Shown: one piece after another, positions 22,400 through 35,084 of the stretch
Layout: the number at the start of each line of letters is the position of its first letter
Position numbering within the stretch: position 1 is the stretch's first letter
From: Eledone cirrhosa
Lineage: Eukaryota
Length of the DNA stretch: 64,000 nucleotides
Assembly: GCA_964016885.1 (NCBI GenBank)
Contig: OZ024741.1
Coordinates: 388,740,001-388,804,000 of the forward strand
Direction: 5' to 3'
Program-made: the position numbers and the translations under genes
Notes under the pieces: model-generated
Told to the model about the DNA's origin: nothing
Seen by the model: only the letters and a program-made list of their open reading frames with translations
Databases searched by the model: none

Positions 22400-24960
22400 A
22401 AAAGTGAATAGAAATAAATGGGCCAGCATGTACATGAGATGCATCTGCTTATGGGTTCTAATGGCCATAGGGTGACTTCGCCGCTGTATGTCAGGTCCCT
22501 ATGGTATAAGGGTGTGTATTATTGTGGGGTTAGGCAAGTTTGCTCAGTTGTGGATTAAGGGGGGTAGGTGATCGAATGTATAGATGCATCTACTTTGGGC
22601 CCAGTGTGAACAAAGTAGCCAACAACGAACCTGTGCATAGTGTGAACTGAAGGGTAGCTGTATTGATGGAGTGGAAAAGAAGCTAGGGTTGCTGCAAAGA
22701 TGGCGGCCACTGTATTGTTTCTAGCATTCAGTTCAGTTGACGGAGATCTAGTTGCACATTAGGTTGCCCAGTGCATTGAAAAGATGAAATGACTTGTGGA
22801 GTACAGTGCTTTGGTTTATGTACAGCCATTAGTTGGTAAATTATTTGCTAGATTAATGTAAAATTAATGTAATTTCATTAACAGGTTCAAGCATGTGTGG
22901 GTTCACACACTTATTAGGTGGCACTGGAAAGGGGGTGTCCCATGTAGGTCAGTGTGCATATGGAGAGAGCCGTATCTGGGTAGGCCCATATAGATGTTTG
23001 TATTGATTGTGCTTGATTAATCTGCTAGCTTCTATGCAGTTTGGCTGGGTCCCTCTGTAGTCCTGTGTGCTCAGACTGGGATTTGAAATGGTATCGGTGA
23101 GATTAGGAGGGCTGGGTTATTGAAGTTGTGGTATTGTTAAATAGGTGTAGGGGGTATAAGTTATGAAGTAGTGTATTTGATAGGGTGTGCAAAAGGATAT
23201 AGCTAATTGGTCGACCAGTAAGTATAGAGGGAGAGATATCCTGGTAATTTATCATTTATTGTGGTCCTGGTTTTGGTTGTCTGGTGGTAACATTGTGGAG
23301 GGTCACTAGAGTGGTGGGAAATCCAGAGTTTATGCAGTTTTAGCCGTCATTATTTGGTATATTTAAGGGCGGTGAATTGGTAGTATCTATAGAGGGTTGG
23401 ATGCCATGCTTTCTAGCATAGTTACGTCCCTTTACAGTCTGAGTTCAAATCCCGCTGAGGTTAACTTTGCCTTTCATCCTTACGGGGTCGATAAAATAAA
23501 GTACCAGTAATGTACTGGGTAATTGCTGGCCTTGTGCCTAAAGTAGAAACAATTATTTGGTATATTTCCTGGGAGCAGAGTGGGCACTCCTTCTTTTCTC
23601 CATTATATTATTTTGTTTTTTTCAGGACTTCCCATTCAGTGTTATATTTAATGTGTTTGAGGTTGTATTTGTTAATAGCATCTGCTAATTAGGTTTTATT
23701 GGCTATGTTTGAAAGAGTTTGTGTGGGAATATCTTTTTTTGAAGGAGTTGGCTGTTGCCCTTATGCAAATTTACATTCTGTCTTTCGTAATTAGCTTACA
23801 TTGATATACCACACTGTTAATAAGGCAATTACCCTTGAATGGACAGTTTGCTTTAGTCCTGCAGTTGCAGTTTGGGATAGTGAGGTATTTCATGGTAGCA
23901 CAGTTCCTGTGGGTTGTGTTGGTGTTGTTATCTCTTGTCAGGTGTATTAGTGTTGTTGTGCAAATGTTGTCAGTATTAGTGTCTCTATCTGGGGCACTGT
24001 GTGGGTCGTTTTTTTTTGGGGGGGGGGGGGGGGGGTATATACTAGGTTGTTGTGATGCCTTGTAATTACTCTGTTCATGTTGGTGTCAGTATTAGTACTA
24101 GTGTTGATGCTTCCTGGGTTTGATATGTTGGGGTAATTATTTGAAATATTAGGGCTAGTAGTTGAGGTATAGGTCTGTTCTAGGTTGAACTTAGTTTTGA
24201 TATATTAGACATGTTTATTCTCATTTGTAGGTAGAGTATGATAGTTTAACCATATAGGAGTTCAATATTTGGAAAGATTTTCCTTAAGATTGAGTAGAAT
24301 TTGGATGGTAAATGCCCCTTGGTTAGAACTTAGTATTGAGGATTTACCAGGAAATTCTACGTTTGTGATTTTGATTTATTCTGGAGTCGTAGGGTGTGTT
24401 GTATTTTGTTTGGATGTTGTCATCTTCATTGTTAGTATTGGTGTGCCTCAGTTTATTTTTTAGCATTTGTGGGTCCTTATTGTTATTATTATTGTTGTAC
24501 CTAGTGGTTAGATGATTGTTATTTTTAGGTATTTTACCATTATCCATGAGTTTGTAGGTTCTGGGATGTGAGGAGATTTTGGTTGAATGGGTTGCAGTCA
24601 GTTCTGTGTTGTTAGGTAAAGTAGAGTGGTTAGATTCCTTAATGTGTGGGTTTTTTCAGGTGTGTGGGTAATGTGGTGTTAGGTGCATGTGTTGCTGTGT
24701 TAGAGATAGTGTGAGTTCTACGTACAGTGTTGTTGTTGTAATTGAGGTTGTGTTTGTTGTGAGGGTGGAAGGTGTAATTTTCTCTTCACTTTTTTATGAG
24801 GTTCATATTGCTATAGGTATTATCTGTAGAATGTGTGGTCGCGTAATCCATAGGATTCGCTGTGGAGGAGTTTGGTCTAGTGTTACTAGGTATGTATGTT
24901 ATCTTTTATCTATATCCACTTCTTTTCAGGGCCTCATTGTAGTAATAGAACTGGTCATAT
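22400..24960 (-). mobile_element. Penelope-like remnant with a GIY-YIG-type endonuclease region and no RT visible
   Basis: Minus strand: KRRISW..NP, FYSILRKIFP, N..VKLSYS (24370-24230); CNCRTKANCPFKGNCLINSVVYQC..ATANSFKKRYSH (from 23869); ECPLCSQEIYQI across the SINE insertion. Outer boundaries are uncertain. Confidence 0.7.
23368..23553 (+). mobile_element. tRNA-derived SINE (family A) with TSD
   Basis: A and B boxes plus the central domain; flanked by a duplicated ATTATTTGGTATATTT. Confidence 0.92.
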
Positions 24961-25169
24961 GTTTGTGTGTGGTGTATATGTATCATCATCATCATCATCA
25001 TCATCATCATTTTACATCCGCTTTTTCCCTGCTTGCAAGGGTGGGACGGGAACTGATTCTGGCTTGACTTCTATAGCTGGATGCCCTTCCTAACACCAAC
25101 CTCATTTATAGTGAGTGGTGGGTGCTTTTTTGCCATGGCACCTCCACAACCACTTTGCAGTGGAATGAT

Positions 25170-25335
25170 AGGGACCCCAGTCCCTATCATCTCATTTCTA
25201 CAGCTGAGTAAACTGGAGCAATGTGAAATAAAGTGTCTTGCTCAAGGAAACAACACATTACCCGGTCTGAGAATTGAACTCACAACCTTTCGATTGCAAG
25301 GCCAATGCTCTAACCACTAAGCCATGTGCCTCCAT
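25170..25335 (-). mobile_element. tRNA-derived CORE-like SINE
   Basis: Reverse complement: GGCACATGGCTTAGTGGTTAGAGC..GAGTTCAATTCTC..TTGAGCAAGACACTTTATTTCACATTGCTCCAG. Confidence 0.75.
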
Positions 25336-25347
25336 ATATACATGCAT

Positions 25348-25454
<107 letters not shown>

Positions 25455-25556
25455 GTGGGTAATAATAAATATTACCCAATTACAAATATGAAAATAGCTC
25501 AATGTAAAATACCAAGTACACTACAGAGCCAAAATACAATATATCTCTTCATATAT

Positions 25557-25659
25557 ATATGAAGAGATTCAGGACCTCGACGGCTGAGCTCTGGCTGTTT
25601 CGGATCTAGCTGTTGAAACGGCCGGAGCTCAGCCATCAGGGTCCTGATTCTCTTCATAT
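25557..25659. repeat. 45-bp-arm inverted repeat (hairpin) with a 13-nt loop
   Basis: ATATGAAGAGATTCAGGACCTCGACGGCTGAGCTCTGGCTGTTTC / GAAACGGCCGGAGCTCAGCCATCAGGGTCCTGATTCTCTTCATAT. Confidence 0.9.
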
Positions 25660-26180
25660 TACCCACTCTACTACCCCAAGCATTGAGTACTCTGGTGGGT
25701 TATGGTCCACCTGGTATTTTACCACACCCTATCTGATATATATATATAGAGAGAGAAAGAGAGAGATCAGGATTTTACCAGTTTAAAACTAGTAAGACCA
25801 TTATGTGTGTGTGTGTGTGTGAATCATCATCATCGTTTTTACACCCACTTTTGTTCATGTCTATATATATAACCAAATTAATTGAAGAATTAATAAAAAT
25901 CAATTTATCTGAGTAAAACTGGTATTGGTTGAACTCCCTCATATGTATGTCTATACTTGTGTATAAATATATATATATATATCTTCAATTAATTTGTTAA
26001 TTACTCTCCTATGGTTGTGTATAAAATTTGGCTGAATTAGACTGCTTTTTCTAGCAGCCCATTACTTGCCATAGTCCATCTACCACTACCCCTCTGTTGA
26101 CTGTTAATCGCGTGATAATTCTTCCATTCAAAATTATCGCTGGTTGCGGATAACTCAAAAGAATCTTTCTTGATTGAGAA

Positions 26181-26252
26181 ATTCCCTGATGAGCTGAGAT
26201 TTCTCACAGTGCTAAAAAGGTGTGATTACTCAGCGAAACTGCAGTCAGACAT
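26181..26252 (+). ncRNA. Hammerhead ribozyme motif (stem I degenerate)
   Basis: CTGATGA-GCTGAG...CTCAGC-GAAAC(tgca)GTC; palindromic stem III ACTGCAGT; stem I pairs poorly. Confidence 0.6.
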
Positions 26253-26301
26253 CAAAGTAAATAGGTAAATTTTTCTTATCTGGTTTACTTTTCCCACATA
26301 T

Positions 26302-26373
<72 letters not shown>

Positions 26374-26522
26374 ATATATATATATATATATATGTAATCT
26401 GAGTTTTTCAAATATTAATAATAACATTTGATTCGTTTGCAATTATGCAAATAAGCCTCATTTTTATAGCCATGTCAGTAGAATGAACTCTTCATTCTTG
26501 CTCTTGCGTTGGCATGTAAACA

Positions 26523-26572
26523 GAACTGCAGACACTAATCTTTCTGGGTATCACCCTTCATCAGTACAGCTC
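26523..26572 (-). ncRNA. Minimal type I hammerhead ribozyme motif
   Basis: Minus strand GAGCTGTA-CTGATGA-AGGGT(gat)ACCCA-GAAA-GATTAGT-GTC-TGCAGTTC; 8-bp stem I with GU pairs; stem III is mutated. Confidence 0.65.
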
Positions 26573-26649
26573 ACTGTTCACCTGCCAACTGTCAGAGCTA
26601 GTGAAAATATATGCTATTTTCTAAAATATACAATGACTGATTGGCCTGT

Positions 26650-27135
26650 GAACTGACCTTGCACAATTACACCTCTCAAAGGCAATGACACGGGACCACG
26701 ACCTCTGGCACAATGCAGTTTTACAGAAGAACCGCCCTCTATTATTCTCAAGATAAGGCCTATACCTAGTAGGCAACACCTTCCTCAAACTTCTATCCCC
26801 TCTCATTCACCTCCCTTAGTGGTAACCATACCTTCTCTACTACCCTGTCCACATTTTCCCAAGCTTCCTCCACCCTCCCTAGTCCCAAGATAAAAGTGCC
26901 TAGGCCCCACTGTAAAGTGGTCATATCGGTGACATGACAAAGATGCCCAGTCCACACTGCAATGTGGTCATGTAGGTGACATGACAAAAAGCACCTAGCA
27001 CATACTGTAAATGTGGTTGGCAGTAGGAAGGACATCCAGCTGTAGAAACCTAGCGAAAATCTGCCCTTGGTGAGCTAAACAAGGGTCAATCCGTCCTACC
27101 CATGAATGACGGGGGCTAATTGAGAAGGTTGATGA
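26650..27135 (+). mobile_element. RTE 3' end (last codons + 3' UTR)
   Basis: DLAQLHLSKAMTRDHDLW.. followed by the tail; another tail copy lies at 27310-27605. Confidence 0.75.
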
Positions 27136-27262
27136 TATATTTATGTGTGTATATATATGAAGTGTGTATGTATATGTATGATATGTGTATGTATTATTAC
27201 ATATATGGTATATGTATATGCACACAGATATATATATATGTGTATATCATTATCATATGTGC

Positions 27263-27309
<47 letters not shown>

Positions 27310-29198
27310 GCTGGTACCACAAAACATCCAGTCCACACTAAAGTGATTGTGTAGGTGTCATGACAAAAAGCACCCAGCCTACACTGAAAAGTGTACATGT
27401 AAAAGACAGCAAAAAGCACCCAGCACACACTGTCAATGTGGTTGGCATTAGGAAGGGCATCCAATCGTAGAAAACCAGCCAGAAACACTCCTATATGAGC
27501 AAGACAGGGTCACCCAACCCAACTTGCTTCTAAATGGGGCAAACCCGTCTAACCCATGCTAGTGTGGAAGATGGCGTTAATCAATGATGATGATGATGAT
27601 GATGATATATATTCATTTATGTTTTGTGGTTCACCAGTGGATAGAACTGGTTGTTCCATTTAGTTAACCATGATATAATTGTAAGAAAAGCACTCAACAT
27701 TATGCAACCCATCCATCACTGATGTTGAATCCTGTGGGTGATGCATGAACGGAATTAAATATCAATTTGATTAAAATAACAGGAAGCCTGGCTGGTAATA
27801 TCCCTTTAAAGTTTTATTGCTACAAACAACACTTCACTACATATATTTCAATGGCCTGGTTATGTAAGATCTGGGCAACATCATTAGGTGTGAATTGCAT
27901 TAATTAGTTACTTAATAAAGGAATTACAACAAACACAAACAGAGAATATAGAAACTATTTGATTCGGAGATGGCCCGCGAAATAGGTGTCATTGTTGCTG
28001 TAGACCATCTCCGAATAACAAGCCTGTCAATGCAAAGTATTGTGGGTTTGGTAGGCGCAACCAAGGGGAGTATGGGGCTTGTGTGCTGCGACATAAGTTC
28101 TTCTGTTATAAATACTGCTATGCCATTAATGATAGCCACCTGATCTACAGCCACAGAGGTTAGGGGTAATAATTTCTGCATAAATATATCCTCACCAAAA
28201 CCAGCCAAGTGTGACGATGGAAAAAATCAGATTAAAGGAGATGTGTTCTATAGAGGTCAAGAGGGTTATACAAATTATAACAAGTAATAAAAATTTATAA
28301 AAAGTAATGAAAGTTGGGCTGAATGTCGTGTTAAGTAAGTGAACAAAAATGAATTATGGAAAATACATTACAGAAAAGTTACATTAAGAAAAAATTAAGA
28401 TATAAATTAGTAGTAAATGTAAATATAAATATATATTGGTTATTGCCAGTATTTCGTTAAAATAATTGGTTACGGGTAAGTAATCTAGTTCACTTATATG
28501 TGTCTGTTTACCAAATGTTTGGCAGGAAGTAAATTTCAGGGAGGGAGGGGGGTATTAAATATGTAATTAATGGATGGTAAATAAGTAAAAGAGACAAGGA
28601 ATGTAATTAATAAATGATAATGATTAATACTTCATTGAAACTGTTGGAACAGGGATCCTACTGAGACATGTGGTATTAGAAAATAGTATCACATATGAGG
28701 CATAAGATACTGTGAAATATTAGCTCTATCACTTATTTCTATTTTCTTTTATGTTCTTTGGGAAGGAAGAAGTGTTGTTGACTTATCTACATACAACCAT
28801 GTGTGTTTATAGGATTCTATGTCACCATTGTTAACACTTTCATTCTTTTATTTTGGTACATTCTAGACAAATGTGTCTGATAGTCCTTCCTTATGTTATC
28901 CATTCCTTAAAGAGTTCCTCTAACAGTCTTGACTTTCTAGGTCAGCCTGATCCCTTAGAGCCAATTCTCTTTTGAAGTTACATGTATTCAGTACTTTTCA
29001 TTGATTTTCCATGAATATTTAGAATATTTGTCTCAGAAAATTTCTAAGGTATTTGGTGCTGAATTTGCTGCTGCCACTGCTACTGCTGCATAGTTTTCTG
29101 TTCATTGTTTCTGGTGTAAGAGAAATTAAAATACCAATGTTACAGATCACAAATAGTAGCATTTATTTTAAATAAATAAATAATTGATGGTAAATTAA

Positions 29199-29570
29199 AC
29201 TCTGTTGTTACCATATCCCTAAGGGAATTCATTGCCTTTGATTTTCAAATAATTTTGGAAATAATCAAGAATTTTGGAGAGCTTTATCAATATTACAATC
29301 TTTCTCATTATTAAACTGGTGTTTGGAACATAACTTAACAAAGGTTCTTACATAAAGTTATGATGGAAGACTTTTAGGTAAATATAAAAATTTTAAATAA
29401 ACTAGAATTTGAAGAGATTTAGTAATATAACTTTCTCATTATTAAGCTGATATTTGAAACAACTTAACAAAAGTTTATAACATAGAATTATGATGGAAAG
29501 TTTTTAGACAAAACAAACAGTTTTGTATTGTAGAACCAAGGACAGTTTCAGGAGGTCTGGTAGGAAAAGA
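29199..29570. mobile_element. piggyBac-like MITE (old)
   Basis: TTAA-flanked ends (..TTGTTACC / GGTAGGAAAAGA|TTAA); an inverted homologue lies at about 37143-37395. Confidence 0.45.
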
Positions 29571-30234
29571 TTAACTGTGAATATAACTACAATTTTCAAT
29601 TATGAATGTTTGTTGGGAAAGGAATGAAGTGTAAACACTTTCTACTATTCCTTCAGTTCATATAAGAGATTTCCTTTATCCAGTTCAGAGATAACTGTCT
29701 ATTTTTTGGCAATATTAGGACAACATGACCCTCTCCAAATATAACGGTAACTGTCTCTTCATTAGATACTCCTATGATTCTGTCTTTGGAGGAATATTTT
29801 TAAAGCATGAAGGTTTTCTCTTATGTTTTTCTGTGTACAAAAGAAATAGTGGGAAGTGTTTACATTTCATTCTTTTCACAGCAAAGGATTCTAATTAAAA
29901 GTTGTAGTCATATCTACATTAAATTTACCTTAAATATTCTGATGTACATTGTATTCTTGCCTAAATATTTATTATACAAAAGTTATTGATTTTGTCTCAA
30001 ATTTTGACATTTCTTTATACAGTTACATTTTAAGTTTAACAAAAGTATATCTGGATGCTTTTTTTCTGTTGTATTCTGAAGAATTTTTAGTTTTTTGGCA
30101 ATGAAACTAAAATAAATATTGACTGTCATGATTTCTTTGGTCATGAGGATGGTGGATTGGAAGTTTTGGTAGAGCTTCAGAGAAAAGGATTTGCAGTATT
30201 TAGTTATGACTACCCCCTCCTCCTCCCCCTCCTC

Positions 30235-31020
30235 CTTCTCTTTCTTTGCCCACTTATTCATGAAAGGGTTGTGAGGGTAGAGTCCTCAGACACTCCTTCC
30301 AGTAGGTCCTGTAGAATCAACTAGATGTTATCCAACCACCTTGCTCATGATCTACCCCTGGGTCTCCTGCTGGTTAGTTTTGCCCATAAAATCATCTGTC
30401 CCACAATTCTCTCCTAAGATATTCTAACCACATGCTTTTCATCCTTCTGGGGCCAATAAAATAAAGCACCTGTTATGTATTGGGTCAATATAATCAACTT
30501 GCCACTTCCCTTAATTGCTGGCCTTGTGTCAATGTTAGACAGAATTATTACTTTGATCATTAGACAAATGCTTTGTAGTATTTGTTCCAGCTCTTTAGGC
30601 TCTGAGTTTCTACCAAGATCAATTTTGCCTTTCATCCTTCCAGAGTCAATAAGATAAAGTACCAATCAAACACTGGGACTGGTGTAATTGACTCATATCT
30701 TCCCAACAAAAATTGCTGGCTATCTACAAAATTACTGCTATCTACAAATTCATACACTTATTTGTGGTGACATGATAAAATCTTTCCATCTCACACGATC
30801 TAGCATTAACTGCCTCATTTCTTCCCCAGACAATTCTGTATCTTCCTCAATGACTCTTTTTAATGTCCTGAGAGGTCTTCCACATTTGTGTCTCATATTA
30901 GTGGGCTCCAATAGTAAAAGTTTTGTAGTATGTTTGTTGCCTCTCATGACATGGCCTGCAAGTTGAAGACACCTGACATGGATGGTATTGCTAATGGGCA
31001 AGATGTTGCAATATTAGAAA
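30235..31020. mobile_element. Cluster: RTE 3' end, two degenerate family-A SINE pieces and an RTEX-like C-terminal fragment
   Basis: 30235-30410 resembles 3176-3400; SINE central domains at about 30435 and 30625; ORF 30750-31001 (-) gives LAGHVMR..GRPLRTL..MLDRVRW. Confidence 0.65.
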
Positions 31021-31328
31021 CAATTATTACTCTTAGGTTATCTCTAATTTCCTTACCTAATCTATTAATTTGAATCCTCAATAATTAACACTTTCAAAAT
31101 AGCTGGAAAAAAACAAACAAAACTATTGGCATATCATTTGTTGTTTATATAGCCATAGGTTCAGCTGTGATCCTAGCAGACCTTATGATATTTCAGTTAT
31201 CTGAGATTATATACCATCAGATAATGTTTATTTAGATAAATGTTGCAACTAATTCTAACCTTGGACAGCTTAAAGCTCTATTATAATGCTAACTACTTAC
31301 CCAGATATTATTGGCTTATATATATATA

Positions 31329-31400
<72 letters not shown>

Positions 31401-32179
31401 TGGAAAATAGGATGGCTGTGAAGTTGCTAGTTAAGTTAGGCTTAAAAATGAAACAAGAAATAGAAGAAAGCAAGAACGGGGGGGGGGGGGGTCCTCATCA
31501 GTTGTCTACTGGGGTCTCGGATATTTCAACTCTTTAAAGACAATATATCTAACCCCAGAGCATTCAATAACTGGGTAAGTTATTGAGAAAACGGAGTAGG
31601 GAGGTAAGGAAAATAGAAGGGAAAAGGGAAAAATGGAAGAAAGGAAAACACAGCGAAAAAAACAACAAACCAGGGAATGTGCGAGCAACTTAAGGTAAGA
31701 AAATCCAAGTCGACAGCGGTAACAGAACTTAAGTTTGAGAGCGTGTGGGCGAACGAAAAGACACGACTGACCCCGGCAAGTGTAAGTGAGAAAAGAACTG
31801 CTAGAGGGTCAGGCGAGGGAAACAATGAGGTGGCTGGCAGAGAGAGCGTGAGTGAAAGTGAGAGGAGGGTGGGACATGTTTGTTGGTTGTATCAGACTCC
31901 TCATTTACATTAAATTAGAACAATCTTTCCTGGTTCTATTGAAATGCTGTTACAACCACTCACAGTCTATTAACATATTACTCTCTTCTCATTGTTATTG
32001 AGTTTGTGTCCTTATTATACACATACAATTCAATTTGTAATCTTAACCCCCCCCCCCCCCCCACTCTCTCCCTCTTATACACATGCAAACTTTATATATT
32101 ATTCTTTCTGCATAAACCTTGTGTAGCTAATCTCTGATAGCCTCTCAAAGTACTCCTTTTACTTTTCTTTCCTCTATAG

Positions 32180-32239
32180 GCCAACCACTTGAACTTCATA
32201 AGTGATTCTCACTCCATGTCGTTTCAGACGAAGAAAGCT
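32180..32239 (+). other. Candidate 60-nt host exon
   Basis: Pyrimidine-rich acceptor TTTTCTTTCCTCTATAG and donor GTAAGT; frame 0 is open (ANHLNFISDSHSMSFQTKKA). No homology recognised. Confidence 0.3.
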
Positions 32240-32843
32240 GTAAGTTTATTCATACCTGCAACTATATAAGAAGGTTTGGGAAATCATGTGTAGCTCTGCT
32301 CTGCAGCCGTATGGAATTAATTCATCCTTACACAGTTTTCATTTAGTTTTCACATCCTCCCCCTTTTCCCATGATTGATGTCAATGTGAAATCACTCACT
32401 TCAGGTTCAATTAAGGATGTAAACATTTTATAATTGACAACAACAAAAATAATGACAAAAACAAACAAGAAAAGATTTTTGAACAAATTAGAAAGTAAGG
32501 TCTAATCTTGTTAAACTCTTAGACAATAAAAGAAATGATGTTACCATATCTCTGATTCATCTGATAGATTTTTTGCCTTAGTTGAATATAAATGCCCATT
32601 AAAAAATACATATCTCTTAACATAAGTGTGCAGTTTTATTATTTTTCATGTCTTCCTGATCTTTTTTTTTCTTTTGACTGAACTTTAGTGAAAGAGATTC
32701 AACCAACAAAGAAAACCAATATATTTTGAACAAAACAAGAAAGCTATACTTTTTCACTCTCCTTTTTAAATATGTTGAACTTTGTTCCCCCTTCTCTCAA
32801 GAAATATTTGCTGTCTGTTTACTATATATATATATATATAAAT

Positions 32844-32907
<64 letters not shown>

Positions 32908-33719
32908 TTACTCTATCATTTAGTCATAACCTTTCTTTGTACATCACATATGTACTTTCCATCGTTCACTTGCACCATAGTAACATGGTTATTTTAAAAA
33001 ATATATTCCATTTGAACTAGCAAATAGTTGAAAGAAAGTGTTACCGTTATGCTTCCTATGTATTCTGTACATATACACTGGAATACTTTAATAGTTTACA
33101 TTAAGATAAAATAGACATATGGTTCTGATAAAAAGTTATATAGCATTACATTAAGTAATTAATGTTAAGATAAAAACAACACATCATCCTTCACCACGTT
33201 TTACATAAATTTTCCAATTCTTGAATGGATTAGAAATAATTTACTTCATAACCTCTAACTATTTAGTCCTGCCCGATGTCAGCCTTAGTTCTTATATCTG
33301 TCTATATCATTTAGTTTAATATTACTACTAAATACCAGTCTACAAACATCTGTCCAATTATATATAATCACATGTCCACATATCCTGAATTAATAGCACA
33401 TAATGTTTTTCATTTCCAGACTTAAATTGATTTACTGAAACTCATCTGTTATATTTATATTATGTATCCAGAAGAGAGTATATCAAAATAATTATAATCA
33501 TGATGGATGGATGACTAGAAACTTATTTGCATACATCTTATTTCTTTCTAGCTTTACTATTTTGCTTTTGCACCTGTAACTCCCAGTGGAGTTGCAGGGG
33601 GACCATAGTGACATACAAGATTTCTTGGGCATTTTTAATTCTGGAGGAGCCCATCCTTCTCTGGGCCTGAGTACAGCAGATTTCTTCCAGAGAAAGATAG
33701 AAAGTGAGAGAGTACCAGA

Positions 33720-33855
33720 CTGGTTTTTTTTTATCTACCTTGAAAGGATGAAAGGCAAAGTTGACCTTGGCAGGATTTGAACTCAGAGCACAGAGCGCTG
33801 GAATAAATACTGCAAATCATTCTATTCTAATGACTCTGTCAATCCATTGCCTTAA
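33720..33855 (-). mobile_element. Degenerate family-A SINE
   Basis: AAGGATGAAAGGCAAAGTTGACCTTGGCAGGATTTGAACTC. Confidence 0.7.
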
Positions 33856-35084
33856 CTTTACTACTACACTAAAGTAAAATAATTTTCAGACACGAAAAAC
33901 ACCAGTTTGTTATCAAACTTATTGAGGTCTCTTCCAGCCTCTTTTCTGAATTAATTGATCATCTAAACATAAGATGCTTTAGTGGTGGAGTGCTAAGTCA
34001 GCAGCTTCATGTTGTGTTGTAAGACCAATACATGTGTCTTGGGCCAATGTTTTTCAAACATTTTTTTATTTCAGAAATGGAAAAGGATTGAGTGATGGGC
34101 AAACAAAATTTTCTCATATGAAAACTGATCTGCTACTGGAACTATCCAAAGATGGTCCAATGTGCAGTGGAGCACAATAAAGAAAGGAGCTGATCACCTG
34201 ATCATACCAAGGGAATTATGCAGGTGTATGTTGTACCTATTCTGAAAATTGGGTTATACATATCTTACTAATATTTGGTATTTTGTCTCTGTCCGTCAGT
34301 ATTTGGTATTTTGTCTACAAGTAGTTAGCACAGGCACATTGAATTCATGTTCGACAAGTCTATGTTTATATACAGAGACAAACATTTATTGGCACACAAA
34401 AACACATTTTATGGGTGTAGAAATTGTCTCCACAGTTTTTAACAAATTTTAAAAATTTGTGTTTACCTTTTTATGAATTTTATTTTTATTATTATAAATG
34501 TTTTTTATCACACACTACAACAGATAATGTTAGTTTTGTCAAGACGTTGAGTGAACACATTCCTCTCTATCTCCATTCACTAATTCGGCTTAAAGATTGC
34601 GCTGTGTTCATATGCCTGTGGAATACTCAGCCATTTATACGTTAATCTATATATTTGCAGATATATGTGTATGTATATGTCTGTTCCACAAAAAGCAAAC
34701 TGAGAAAGTGGCTGTTTACTTCTCCTCCCTCATCTCCTCCTTTTTCATTACAACTTCACTGTCTCGTTGAAGCATTTTGAAAGAGGGAGAAATGTGAATA
34801 GTAGGAAAGAACATATAAGTGAATGTGTGAGTGAATTAGAGAGAGAGAGAGAGTGAAAGAAATATACATAGAGACTAAAAGAGAGGGAGAGTTACAGAGG
34901 GTGAGAGAGAATATATGTGTGTGAGAAACACAGAATGAGAAAAAGACAGAGAGAAGAGAGAAAAAAACAGAAAGAGAGAACAAGTTTGTATCAGAGTAGA
35001 AGAAATTGAAAGAGAGCCCACACAAAGAGAGACAGACAGTGGTGGAGAGAAATACTATATGTGTATGTTGTGTCAATTTTGGCC

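Noticed and set aside
23368-23460. tRNA gene
   Set aside because: The A and B boxes belong to a multi-copy SINE head with a TSD; no complete cloverleaf was seen.
29620-29662. Minus-strand CTGAAGG...GAAAGTG/CAC hammerhead-like pattern
   Set aside because: Core mismatch and no stem II; it could be chance or a very decayed relic.
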